From Candidatus Omnitrophota bacterium (GTDB taxonomy: Bacteria > Omnitrophota > Gorgyraeia > Gygaellales > Profunditerraquicolaceae), in the NCBI GenBank assembly GCA_043800555.1, contig JAZDMX010000023.1:9101-73100 (forward strand): a stretch of 64,000 nucleotides of DNA, given 5' to 3'. Made by a program: the position numbers and the translations under genes. The notes under the pieces were generated by a model, which was not told the origin of the DNA, searched no databases, and was given only the letters and a program-made list of their open reading frames with translations. Of this stretch, positions 47,551-57,119 are shown one piece after another (positions within the stretch are counted from its first letter, which is position 1; each line of letters starts with the position of its first letter).

Positions 47551-47647
47551 GACTTATTGCTTTATAAAATGTTACAAATGTTTTTGGCTATATATAAGGG
47601 GTGGTGTCAAAAACTGTAAGGCTAAAAAATACTTTTCTCATATCTTC

Positions 47648-47782
47648 TTAAACAGGGATAACAATCCAAACCGCAGACGCTGTAATCAAATACAGCGACG
47701 CTATCGCGATGGCAGATACCATAACCGCTTTCGGCACATCGCGCGCGGGGTTCTTCATTTCTCCGGAGGCGGCAAATAACAA
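47648..47782 (-). pseudogene. Fragment of an APC-family amino acid permease
   Basis: LFAASGEMKNPARDVPKAVMVSAIAIASLYLITASAVWIVIPV*; E..NP.R..P.A...LY is the APC signature. Confidence 0.6.
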
Positions 47783-47785
47783 TAT

Positions 47786-48574
47786 CTATTGCCGGCTAAC
47801 CCTGCCGTTTTCGTTTAGAAAACGGATAAACCTTCCGGCGGATTTATCGAATACCGCAAAATTCTTTCCCTTGGCATCCAAACGAAAGTAATTCTTTATC
47901 TCCGGAGAGAAATTATTCCCGATTTTCTTTTGCCATAATATAGCGCCTCTTGCGTCTAAAAGGACAAAGAGCATGCCGGCCGTATCGTAATCAAAGGTAG
48001 CGGCTAATATTACTCCGGGCCCAGAGGAAACCTTTATCTGCGCCGATTCAGCAAAACCGCATTCTTTTACCCATAATAAATTTGCGGATGCAAAATCATA
48101 TAAATACAACCTTGCCTTATCTCTTCCGTTTTCGGTAAAAATATAGCGCGCTCCATCGGGCGAAATTGCCGCTTGGCTGATCCAAATCATACTACTTTTA
48201 CCCGAGTTGCCAAAACTGATTTCTTTGGCTACTTTGCCTTTATTATCATAAAAAGACAGCCCCTTAAACCCTCCTTCGTCATACATACCCCAGTTTGCCA
48301 ACGCGATACACTTGCCGTTATCGGAAATACTGGCTTTACCCGGGGTAAAGGGAATTTCTTTACTCCAGATCAGCCTGTTTCCTTCTTTAAAGGCGCACCG
48401 GGACGGGCTATTATCCGGATAGCCTAAGTTTTCTATTTCCACGCTGTAACGGCCGTTTTCAGACGAGAAAAACTCAACCGAGCCTGGTTTAGGGGGCATT
48501 CTCTTTGCCAGCGAGTAATCAGGCAAAGTTACGACGCAGCTAACCGCCATGAGAGATAAAATAATCCTGTTCAT
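47786..48574 (-). CDS. Exported hypothetical protein (beta-propeller-like repeats)
   Basis: Signal peptide; repeated S.NG/SPDG and LIW/LLW/ILW motifs. Confidence 0.6.
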   Translation of the reverse strand: MNRIILSLMAVSCVVTLPDYSLAKRMPPKPGSVEFFSSENGRYSVEIENLGYPDNSPSRCAFKEGNRLIWSKEIPFTPGKASISDNGKCIALANWGMYDEGGFKGLSFYDNKGKVAKEISFGNSGKSSMIWISQAAISPDGARYIFTENGRDKARLYLYDFASANLLWVKECGFAESAQIKVSSGPGVILAATFDYDTAGMLFVLLDARGAILWQKKIGNNFSPEIKNYFRLDAKGKNFAVFDKSAGRFIRFLNENGRVSRQ

Positions 48575-48654
48575 TTATTGGCCCTCCGGTTATTCCCGGT
48601 TTTTGCGTTTATGCCGCCAAGACGTGCCACCGCAAGAAAAAAACGGCCGCCAGC

Positions 48655-50358
48655 CTATTTAACTTTCAAATAAACGTCCAAACGCTCATCATCATTTTCA
48701 GCAAGCCGGGTTTTATACAAATGCGGCGGAAGCGCAACGTTAAGTTCCGGGATATTATTGACGGGGTAATCAAAACACGGAAAGGAAATCTTCTTGTATT
48801 TATCTTTTTGCAGAAACCCGTTAAAGATATACGCGTTATCCGGATAGGCCTTCCTGAATACTATTATATCGGGGCGCATCTCTAAATCATTATAAATGTC
48901 GCTATTCCCATAGCCGATAATCGTCTTGCTGCCCAAATAATACATATAGGAATACTCTTCATAATTAGTGGCGATGACCAGTTTTTCCGGTTTTTCATAA
49001 TTAGATTTGATATAGGGGATAACAAAATCTAAAGGCCCCCGGTATCGGTGGGAAATCTCATAAATATGGCTTTTGAGAGCCCCTAGCTTGCCTGATCCGT
49101 CCAATATGAACGTAACGCTTATTAAAGACAGAAGAACTGCCTTAAGCCGCGCTTTCATGGCGGCAGGGTAATTGGCCCCGGATATATAATCGAATGCCAA
49201 AGAAGCATCTAACAAGAGAATGATCACTAAAACCGGCTGCAATATTATGTAATACCGCTCATAAATAATGAACACCGGCAACCTGGCAATAGCAAGAACA
49301 TAAACGGCAAAAAACAGGCTCAAGAAATTGGAGGCCTGCGCCTTCACATTCATCCGGAGCATATTCTCCTGGCCGGGCCCCTCCAGTGCGCCGGAACGCC
49401 GCAGGTAAAGCTTTACGAAGGCCAGGACTATCTTAACGATTAAAACCAGGGCTAAAAACTCGTATTTCAGGAAGAAATTCAGGACGCTGGCTATTTTCAT
49501 CCAGTAGACCGCCGGGCTTATATGAAAGGTTTTCGTAAAGTCCCCCCTGCCGGATGAGAAAATCTTAAAAAACGCAAGTATGGGGATTGACGCGACAAAA
49601 GAAACAAGCAAAGGAGAAATATTGGCTATGAAATTCTTTACGCCCCGGGCTCTAAATAAGCCCGGGAACTCGGATAATCCGATAACGGCTAAAAATATGA
49701 AGTAGGTGGGAGGGAAAACGTTAAAAAGAAGGAACAAGAACGCGGCCATAAGGAAAAAATAGGAAGCGAGGCTTATTTTCCTGGCAAAACGGTAGTTAAT
49801 ATAAAGATAAAGAATAGCCGCTGATAAGAAAACTGCCAGCGAATAATGCCTGACTTCCCTTAAATGCAAAACCAGCGATACCGACAATAACTCAAAAAAG
49901 GCAAAAATGACAGAAAATAGCAGTTTATCGGACAATCTCTTACCGAAGAGATTAATGACCGACAAAGCCATAAGGACCACCCCCATAAAACCAATGGCGG
50001 CAAAAGGGATCCTTACGGCGGCGGTCTTTACGTAGATATCGCTTATTTTCCGGGCGAAGAATTCTCCCGCGGCGCAGAAATAATATTGCCCCCAAACATG
50101 CCCCAGGTAGGCGTCAGTTTTCTCATCCACCCCGATTCCAGCAGGCAGGTTAGATATGTTGACCGTATTCTTACCGTCATGCACCTTGGGGTAACCGTAA
50201 TCTAAAACCCTTCCGGCATGCATGGCGGCTTCGGCTTCATCGTTCCACAAAAGCGGGTATTGAATATTCTTGAATAAACTAAACGCAAACAGGATAACCA
50301 GCGCAAAAAGCGCTCCGGAAAGTATTTTATTCTTGAAGCCTAACGAAGCATTCTCCAT
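48655..50358 (-). CDS. Polytopic membrane protein, GT-C/ArnT-like glycosyltransferase
   Basis: LWNDEA after TM1, R.PFA, REVRHYSL, YERY; many TM helices. Confidence 0.65.
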   Translation of the reverse strand: MENASLGFKNKILSGALFALVILFAFSLFKNIQYPLLWNDEAEAAMHAGRVLDYGYPKVHDGKNTVNISNLPAGIGVDEKTDAYLGHVWGQYYFCAAGEFFARKISDIYVKTAAVRIPFAAIGFMGVVLMALSVINLFGKRLSDKLLFSVIFAFFELLSVSLVLHLREVRHYSLAVFLSAAILYLYINYRFARKISLASYFFLMAAFLFLLFNVFPPTYFIFLAVIGLSEFPGLFRARGVKNFIANISPLLVSFVASIPILAFFKIFSSGRGDFTKTFHISPAVYWMKIASVLNFFLKYEFLALVLIVKIVLAFVKLYLRRSGALEGPGQENMLRMNVKAQASNFLSLFFAVYVLAIARLPVFIIYERYYIILQPVLVIILLLDASLAFDYISGANYPAAMKARLKAVLLSLISVTFILDGSGKLGALKSHIYEISHRYRGPLDFVIPYIKSNYEKPEKLVIATNYEEYSYMYYLGSKTIIGYGNSDIYNDLEMRPDIIVFRKAYPDNAYIFNGFLQKDKYKKISFPCFDYPVNNIPELNVALPPHLYKTRLAENDDERLDVYLKVK

Positions 50359-50399
50359 AGTGAATTCTTTAATTCCGCCTTGCGGCAACTAACAAAATA

Positions 50400-50777
50400 T
50401 TATGCTTTGCCGTATTTTTTTATGCAATCGATAAGTTTTTTCGTGCTAACCGGTTTTGCCAATATCGGATGCCCGCCGATGACATTGCCGCTTTCGCCTG
50501 TTTCCTCATCAGTAGCCATGGCGGTCAGGAAAACAACCGGGATGTTTTTAGTCTCCTTGTTTTCGGCGAGGCAATTATAAACGCTTCCCCCGTCAATATC
50601 CGGCATAACGAAATCCAGGAAAATAAGGTCCGGCTTAAATTCTGCCGCTTCCGTTACCGCGCGTAATCCCGAAGTCAAAACCCGGACAGTATATTCGCCC
50701 GTCTCCTCAAGGTTAAGCTTCACCAGCTTGCCGATAGCCTCATCATCATCAACTACCAGTATCTTCGTCTTTTCCAT
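50400..50777 (-). CDS. Single-domain response regulator
   Basis: ILVVDDD, PDLIFLDFVMPDIDG, FLTA, KP. Confidence 0.9.
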   Translation of the reverse strand: MEKTKILVVDDDEAIGKLVKLNLEETGEYTVRVLTSGLRAVTEAAEFKPDLIFLDFVMPDIDGGSVYNCLAENKETKNIPVVFLTAMATDEETGESGNVIGGHPILAKPVSTKKLIDCIKKYGKA

Positions 50778-50789
50778 GGCTCCTCCTTT

Positions 50790-52376
50790 TTATTTCTTAA
50801 AGGTTAAAACCGCGATTGCCCCGCTGCCGGAGTTATTCTTTATCTCAATTTTCCCTTTATGCATTTCCACGATGTTCTTGACCACAGACAGGCCTAAACC
50901 GGTCCCGCCGCTGGAGCGCTTCGTTGTAAAGAAAGGGTCAAATATCCTGCCTAAGGCCTCCTGCGGGATCCCCGGCCCGTTATCTTCAACCTCAAGAGAC
51001 ACCTCCCCTCCGGCGCCCCGGCAATAGGTCCTTAGCCTAATCTTTCCGCCTTTAGGAACCGCCTGTACCGCGTTCATAAGCAAGTTTATTACTACCTGCT
51101 CGATTTTATTCTTATCCAGCATGATCGCCGGAATCCCCGGCTGCATTTCCTTGATAACCTGGATGCCGTTTCTCTCAAATTGATGGCTTAATAAAGAAAG
51201 CGCCCTTTCACAGACTGAATTTATATCCTCCAAGCGGGTATCCAGCTTGGAAACCCGGGAAAAATCCAACAACCCCCGGATGATGTTATCCGCTTTTTCT
51301 ACCGCAATCTTTACGTTATTAAGCACCGGATAAATATCCTGGTTTTCGGAAGACACCTTCTTTTCCAGGTATTCAACCCCTTGCAATATTACGGTAAGAG
51401 GGTTCTTTACTTCATGGGCCACGCCGCTGGCCAACCCGCCGATAACCTGCATCTTGGCCGCCTGGATTAACTGCTCCTGGGTTTCCTTTAACTTAGCATA
51501 AGCTGCCGTCAAATCTTTAGTGCGCCTGGCCACCTGGGCTTTTAATATCGCGCTTAGCAGCATAAACAGCAACAACAGCCCCAGGGCCGATACCGAAAAC
51601 CAGGTCAAAAACTGCGAAATCCGGCGCGCCTTGGCATTGCCAAGCCATTTCTCAAGAGTTTTATAATAAAAAGAATTGCTCTCTTTCTTTAAGCCCGCTA
51701 TATTCCTATCGATAGCCTCAAGCAACGCCCGGTTCTTGCCTTTGGGGCTTGCCAGGCGCGCATCCTCGGGAGAAAATACAATCGCGGTTTTATTAATGTT
51801 ACCGGGGCTGGCGCGTTGGGCCCCGTATAAACGGCTCACGATGCCGGCATCAGCCCTTTTTTCCTCTAAAAGCCTGAATACCCCGGAATAGTCTCCGGCT
51901 TCAATAAAGTTGCAGTTAATCTTAAAGGCCTTGGCGAGTTTCTTGAATTCCAGGTAATATATATCGTTATTGACTCCCGCGATTACCTTGTTTCTTACGT
52001 CAAGAATCGATTGTATACCCGAGCCTTTCCTGGCGTAAGCCTCCCCCCAGTCGGATATGATAGATTCAAAGGTAAAATCGTAAATTTCACTTCGCGCTTG
52101 CGTATAAACGATATCCGCCAGAAGGTCTATCTCTCCTGCCTTAAGGCGCTCCAGGCACTGGGGCCATGAGCCGGGGACGTATTCAATTGTCCATCCTTCT
52201 TTGGAAGCGATTTTTCCCAGGATATCGACGCAGATGCCCTTGGGCTTACCGCCGTCGCCGATAAATAGAAGCGGCGCATCTTCATAGATCCCGACCTTGA
52301 CAGGGGCCCTGGCATCTGCCGCGTAAAGGTCAAACGCAAGCAACGCCGCAACCAAGAAAAGAACTGCCTTTTTCAT
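50790..52376 (-). CDS. Sensor histidine kinase with periplasmic SBP_bac_3 domain
   Basis: VKVGIYEDAP...G...GI.VD; AHEVKNPL; NLLMNA; DNGPGI; FDPFFTTK; GTGLGL. Confidence 0.9.
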   Translation of the reverse strand: MKKAVLFLVAALLAFDLYAADARAPVKVGIYEDAPLLFIGDGGKPKGICVDILGKIASKEGWTIEYVPGSWPQCLERLKAGEIDLLADIVYTQARSEIYDFTFESIISDWGEAYARKGSGIQSILDVRNKVIAGVNNDIYYLEFKKLAKAFKINCNFIEAGDYSGVFRLLEEKRADAGIVSRLYGAQRASPGNINKTAIVFSPEDARLASPKGKNRALLEAIDRNIAGLKKESNSFYYKTLEKWLGNAKARRISQFLTWFSVSALGLLLLFMLLSAILKAQVARRTKDLTAAYAKLKETQEQLIQAAKMQVIGGLASGVAHEVKNPLTVILQGVEYLEKKVSSENQDIYPVLNNVKIAVEKADNIIRGLLDFSRVSKLDTRLEDINSVCERALSLLSHQFERNGIQVIKEMQPGIPAIMLDKNKIEQVVINLLMNAVQAVPKGGKIRLRTYCRGAGGEVSLEVEDNGPGIPQEALGRIFDPFFTTKRSSGGTGLGLSVVKNIVEMHKGKIEIKNNSGSGAIAVLTFKK

Positions 52377-52393
52377 AATATTATTCCCCCGGG

Positions 52394-52783
52394 CTATTGC
52401 GGCCCGTGTTTAAGCTCAAGGGCTTTTTGTATCCTGCCGATAAGCTCATTCTTTTCTACCGGCTTTACTATATAATCCACTATCCCTTCTTTATAAGCGT
52501 TATATTTATCGGCGTTTTTATCCAAAGCCGATACGACAATAATAGGCACGGTTTGCCCAATCGGGTCTTCGTTCAATATCTTGCACACCTCCACCCCTCC
52601 TATGCCGGGCATAAGCAAATCAAGCAAAATTAAATCCGGCTTGAAATTGTAAAGGTGCGCTATCAGGTCTTTTGCGCTTTCTAATGTCGCAACCTCGAAC
52701 ATCCCGGTGTCTTCCAGATTCGCCTTCGTAAGCTTAAGAAATTCCTCCTCGTCGTCAATAATCATTATCCTTGTTCTAGCCAT
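52394..52783 (-). CDS. Single-domain response regulator
   Basis: IMIIDDE, PDLILLDLLMPGIGG, VSA, YIVKP. Confidence 0.9.
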   Translation of the reverse strand: MARTRIMIIDDEEEFLKLTKANLEDTGMFEVATLESAKDLIAHLYNFKPDLILLDLLMPGIGGVEVCKILNEDPIGQTVPIIVVSALDKNADKYNAYKEGIVDYIVKPVEKNELIGRIQKALELKHGPQ

Positions 52784-54350
52784 TATTATCCCCTCCTCCC
52801 GTCCTTAAAGTAACTCTGACCCTGGTCCCCTCTTTCTGCCTGCTCCTTAGCTCTATGCGCCCTCCATGCATGGTTATTATATTTTTAGTTACCGATAAGC
52901 CCAACCCTGCTCCTTCGCGCGGGCCCTTAGTAGTAAAAAACGGATCGAAAACCTTTTCCAGGTTCTCCGCGGGTATCCCTATGCCCGTATCTTCAATCTC
53001 GACTATAACGGCATTTTCTCCGGCAAAAGAACGCCTTCCCTTTTCTTTAGCTTGCGCCCCGGCCTCTGGCTCAAGCGCCTTCTCGCCATAGCTGCGTATG
53101 ATAATCCTTCCTCCGTCAGGCATAGCTTGTATCGCGTTTAAGAGTAAGTTGATAAATACCTGCTCCAGTTTATTTTTGTCCGCCATTACCGAGGGCAGCC
53201 CTTTTTTCATTTGCCTATCCAGCTCTATGCCGCCAAATTTCAGTTCATTTTTCAACAGGCTTAGCGAAACCTCAAGAATAGAATTTATGTCCTGTGGCTT
53301 AAGCTCGATACTTGAGGCCCGGGAAAAATCATACAAGGAATCAATGATTTTATCCGCTCTTTTGATGTTATCTTTAACCATCTTCACGGCCTCAAGGACC
53401 CCGGAGTCATCAGGGGGCATGCGGGTTTCCAGGTAGTTAATCCCCTGCAGTATTATTCCCAAAGGATTTCTTACCTCGTGCGCTACTCCGCTGGCTAATT
53501 GCCCTATGGCATGCAATTTCTCCGCGTGGATAAGCTGGTCCTGCGTTTCCTTTAATTTTGCATAGGCGTTTTTCAGCTCGTTTTCCGATTCCTTAAGCTC
53601 TGCTATATAATTCAACGTGCTTTCCGCCATCCTGTTAAACGAACTGGCAAGCTCCCCGATTTCATCATCCCTGCCAAGCTCCACCCGGGTGTTAAGGTCC
53701 CCTTTGCCGAATCCGGCTATCCCCTGCATCAGTTTGCTTAGCGGCTTTAACACGACATAGCGGGATAGCAAGAAAATCATTCCGATAGCCAGCAATATGA
53801 AGAAAAACCCCGTGATTACAGCGCGCCTGGCCAAACGGAAGATTTCTACATCAACGATTTCCGATAAGACTCCAAGCTTGATCAAACCGGCCTGTTCGCC
53901 TGAAGGCTTGTAAATAGGCAGCGTAAAATCATAGATTCTTTCCCTGGAGGCCGTAGTATAAAAGCGCAGTTGCCTCCATTCCAATTTCATTCCGGCTTGA
54001 GCTATCGAGTCTTTATAAACTAAACCCGGAATGCCGGAGTAGCTGTGGTAGATGAGTTTCCCGCGGTTATCCATGACAAAGCAGTATTTGGCAAAAGGGG
54101 TATTATAAACCATGTTCTGGCACTCTCTATCTATGCCTTCCAGCTCATCGAGCCCAAGGCCCAATTCCATAAGATCACCGATGACCCTCTGTAAAGTTTG
54201 AAAGCGGGAAAATACTTTTTCAACGACAGCTTCTTTGTAAGTGCGTGAGAAATCCCTGATATTCAGATAAGAATCCAGGGTTACCGTCAATAAGATGGTA
54301 ACTGCCGTAATTAATATCAGCTTTTCTTTTAATCTAAAACTTTTTTTCAC
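52776..54350 (-). CDS. Sensor histidine kinase with HAMP domain
   Basis: Two TM helices; DEIGELASSFNRM; AHEVRNPL; DTGIGI; FDPFFTTK; GAGLGL. Confidence 0.9.
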   Translation of the reverse strand: MKKSFRLKEKLILITAVTILLTVTLDSYLNIRDFSRTYKEAVVEKVFSRFQTLQRVIGDLMELGLGLDELEGIDRECQNMVYNTPFAKYCFVMDNRGKLIYHSYSGIPGLVYKDSIAQAGMKLEWRQLRFYTTASRERIYDFTLPIYKPSGEQAGLIKLGVLSEIVDVEIFRLARRAVITGFFFILLAIGMIFLLSRYVVLKPLSKLMQGIAGFGKGDLNTRVELGRDDEIGELASSFNRMAESTLNYIAELKESENELKNAYAKLKETQDQLIHAEKLHAIGQLASGVAHEVRNPLGIILQGINYLETRMPPDDSGVLEAVKMVKDNIKRADKIIDSLYDFSRASSIELKPQDINSILEVSLSLLKNELKFGGIELDRQMKKGLPSVMADKNKLEQVFINLLLNAIQAMPDGGRIIIRSYGEKALEPEAGAQAKEKGRRSFAGENAVIVEIEDTGIGIPAENLEKVFDPFFTTKGPREGAGLGLSVTKNIITMHGGRIELRSRQKEGTRVRVTLRTGGGDNNG

Positions 54351-54370
54351 CGCTTATTTCCCGCCTTAAA

Positions 54371-55717
54371 TTAGTTTTCACCAAACACCGCTACCGAAGC
54401 GCTAAAGCTCATCATCCTGTTTCCTCCCTGGGGCGAATGGCCGATTTCTCCTCCGGCAAAAAAACCGCTAAAGGGAGCGCCTTTTAAGCTTTTACTTAAG
54501 AGCGAAAATGCCGGATTGATATCGTAATTATACTCCTTAACAACGTAAAGCTGCGCGTAACAATAGAGGAAAAGGGCGCCAGCGATATTCCCTTTGGGGA
54601 TATTGCCTCTGTTGCGGGCAATAGTCGCTATAATAGCGGGCTTATTCAGCAGGTCTCTTTTATCGGAAAATTCGCTTAAGCTAAGCTCGGTCCCTTCCTC
54701 CACGCCTTCATGGGTAACAAAAACAGATTTATCGGGGTAAACTACCGGAAACCCTACCAATACGTAATCCGATGAGCCTTTCTTTACCGGCTTTTTCAAC
54801 CCATACCTTCCATTTACCGACAAGGGGACATTGCCTCCGCCGGCTTTTATAATTCCGGTAATTTTACCTCCGGTCCATTCGTTATAAACGTCAGCGGCAG
54901 GCCGGTGGTCTATCTCGTAGATAATCCGTTTCTTGGGGTCAGCCTTATTAACCAAGCCCTTGAACTCCGTCTTGCCGGAATAACCATAGCCATAGGCCAC
55001 GCCAACCTTACTATCTATCCAAATCGCAGCCACGCTGATAAAACCTGTGCTCACCCGGCTATTGGAGTAGCACCAACCATCCCCGGCCGGAGCATCTTTT
55101 ACTTCTTGTCCGGCATTACCTCCCCAAATAGGGACCACACCGGTTATTTCTTCAATCCCGCGGCAAATTTCAGTATCCGTTACAAGGTTAAGCCCGGCAA
55201 ACAGGATAATGTTCGGGGGCCCTTTAGCCGTTTTTCCGGCATTTTTTATCGCTTCCAGTATCGCTTCCCTCCCTACCCTGCGGTAGCTATTTAAATCCTG
55301 CCATTTAAGCTTAGCGCCTCCTACTCCCACCGTCATAGACGGAGAATAAAATCCCGCCACGGTTAAACCGGAATGTATGCCTTCCGGAACGGCTATCCCC
55401 GCAAGGTCGCTGTTAAGGCCCCATATCCGGGTCTGCGAAGCCAATTTGGCCCTTAAAAGGGCCAAGACCTTCCTTTCGTTATACTTGCCTCCCGTCGTAA
55501 ACACGGCAACAAATTTTGGAGGCTCCGGGACAAGCCCCTGCTTCATCATCTTCACCGCTTCATCTACCGCCGCCGCTTCATTCGGATTAACGCTCCAGCC
55601 ATAAGATATTTTCATCGGCCCTGCGGCTAAAGCGGCCTTAGGAAGGAATAAAAACGGGATTAGCAAGATAAAAACCGGAAACGGAGCGGCCCTGGATTTA
55701 TTCTTTCGCGTATTCAT
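54371..55717 (-). CDS. FIST-domain protein with predicted signal peptide
   Basis: P.WGGNAG, IYEIDHRPAADVY..W, GALFLYC, PFSGFFAGGEIG; N-terminal ...AALA. Confidence 0.75.
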   Translation of the reverse strand: MNTRKNKSRAAPFPVFILLIPFLFLPKAALAAGPMKISYGWSVNPNEAAAVDEAVKMMKQGLVPEPPKFVAVFTTGGKYNERKVLALLRAKLASQTRIWGLNSDLAGIAVPEGIHSGLTVAGFYSPSMTVGVGGAKLKWQDLNSYRRVGREAILEAIKNAGKTAKGPPNIILFAGLNLVTDTEICRGIEEITGVVPIWGGNAGQEVKDAPAGDGWCYSNSRVSTGFISVAAIWIDSKVGVAYGYGYSGKTEFKGLVNKADPKKRIIYEIDHRPAADVYNEWTGGKITGIIKAGGGNVPLSVNGRYGLKKPVKKGSSDYVLVGFPVVYPDKSVFVTHEGVEEGTELSLSEFSDKRDLLNKPAIIATIARNRGNIPKGNIAGALFLYCYAQLYVVKEYNYDINPAFSLLSKSLKGAPFSGFFAGGEIGHSPQGGNRMMSFSASVAVFGEN

Positions 55718-55772
55718 TATTCAAGCTTTCGCATACTCGCCCTGCAATGTCCTTAAACCATATAAAATGTTC

Positions 55773-56234
55773 CTAGAAAAACGGGTTATCCTTATCGATG
55801 CGCTTGAGCTTGAGCCCTTCAGGGCACCTTTTGAATTGTAATTGCGATTTCCCTTGCGATTTAATAACTACGCCCGAACCGGTTACGCCCCTTCTTTGCC
55901 AGTGGACCCTTACGCTTACCTCGTTTTTATCGGCAACGATCATATCAATGGAAAAATGTATAAACGGCTTGCTTATAAGACGAAGATAGGCCTCTAATAC
56001 AGGTTTAAATCTTTGCCCGCCTTCAAACCCTTTATCCAATAAAGCGAAAAAATCATTCAGGTCCTTGGATGCGTAGGCGTATTCAATATCCTCAAGGGTA
56101 TCTTCTACTACAACCTGAAGGAATATCCGCTGGGTTTGCCGGTTCATCTTCTTTTTAGGGGCAAGAGACATCCCGAAGAGAAAAATAAGCACAGAAAACA
56201 GCATCAATACGGGTAAGTATTTTTTGATTGCCAT
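55773..56234 (-). CDS. Hypothetical protein, NTF2/SnoaL-like fold possible
   Basis: N-terminal TM; AY..KDL..F..LL...F pattern. Confidence 0.55.
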   Translation of the reverse strand: MAIKKYLPVLMLFSVLIFLFGMSLAPKKKMNRQTQRIFLQVVVEDTLEDIEYAYASKDLNDFFALLDKGFEGGQRFKPVLEAYLRLISKPFIHFSIDMIVADKNEVSVRVHWQRRGVTGSGVVIKSQGKSQLQFKRCPEGLKLKRIDKDNPFF

Positions 56235-56306
56235 CGGAGATTTCTCATAAAAAACCCCGCACCTTGATATCAAAGTGCGGGGTTTTTATAGTTAACTACT
56301 TCACAG

Positions 56307-56984
56307 CTACTTTTTCTTCAGTTTTTCAATAAAATCAGCTACAAATTTGCCTGCGATGTCCTTGCAGCCCAAGCCAAATGCCAGAGCCAGGCCCAGACCT
56401 AAACTGCCCAAAATAACCGATAAGGTCATCTGGGTCACAAGTATACCTATATTTAACTGCTCTAAAGCCACAAAGATGGAAAAAATAATTATGATCACCT
56501 CGACAACCTTAGCCAGAAGTTTCCCCTGGTTAAGCCCGGCGTTATTAGCGGCAGTCAACACTATATTCCTTAATATAGTTGCCGTAAACATACCCAAGAT
56601 AAGGATAAACACGGCCGCGATAACATGAGGTATGTAAAGGACTACCTTGTTTAATAAATCCGCCGCAACGGTCAGGCCTACGGAATTAATCGCTACCATA
56701 AAAGTAACCAGTAAAGCAAGCCAATAGCAGATAACCCCGGCTAACTCGGAGAAAGAATAGCTTATGCCGCCTTTTTCCAACAAGGCTTCCAACTCGATCC
56801 GGTCAGAAAGCTCATCCATCTTAATCGCCCTTAAGCCCTTTGTGACAACTGTCCTGATCAGCTTAGAAATCAACCAGCCAATAATGAGTATAATGAGCAC
56901 CAACAAAATATTCACTACGAACTGCCCGATCTGGGATAGAACGGTCCTGGCTGGCTCTAATAAAACTATCTGCCAACTACTCAT
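56307..56984 (-). CDS. TM-helix repeat protein (CmpX/MscS-like)
   Basis: IIGWLIS, YIPHVIAAVFIL, ALEQL.I, LALAFGLG; RBS GGAGG. Confidence 0.8.
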   Translation of the reverse strand: MSSWQIVLLEPARTVLSQIGQFVVNILLVLIILIIGWLISKLIRTVVTKGLRAIKMDELSDRIELEALLEKGGISYSFSELAGVICYWLALLVTFMVAINSVGLTVAADLLNKVVLYIPHVIAAVFILILGMFTATILRNIVLTAANNAGLNQGKLLAKVVEVIIIIFSIFVALEQLNIGILVTQMTLSVILGSLGLGLALAFGLGCKDIAGKFVADFIEKLKKK

Positions 56985-57119
56985 CCTCCACCTCCTTAGG
57001 TTAGCCCCGTCAAAAGCCCTGGCTTTAAACTACAGCATCTTTAAGGCCTTACTCTTTCCGGGGTTAGCGTTACATAATTCGCTTAACTTTATCATGAGTA
57101 TGGGTTTATGTCAAGAAAT

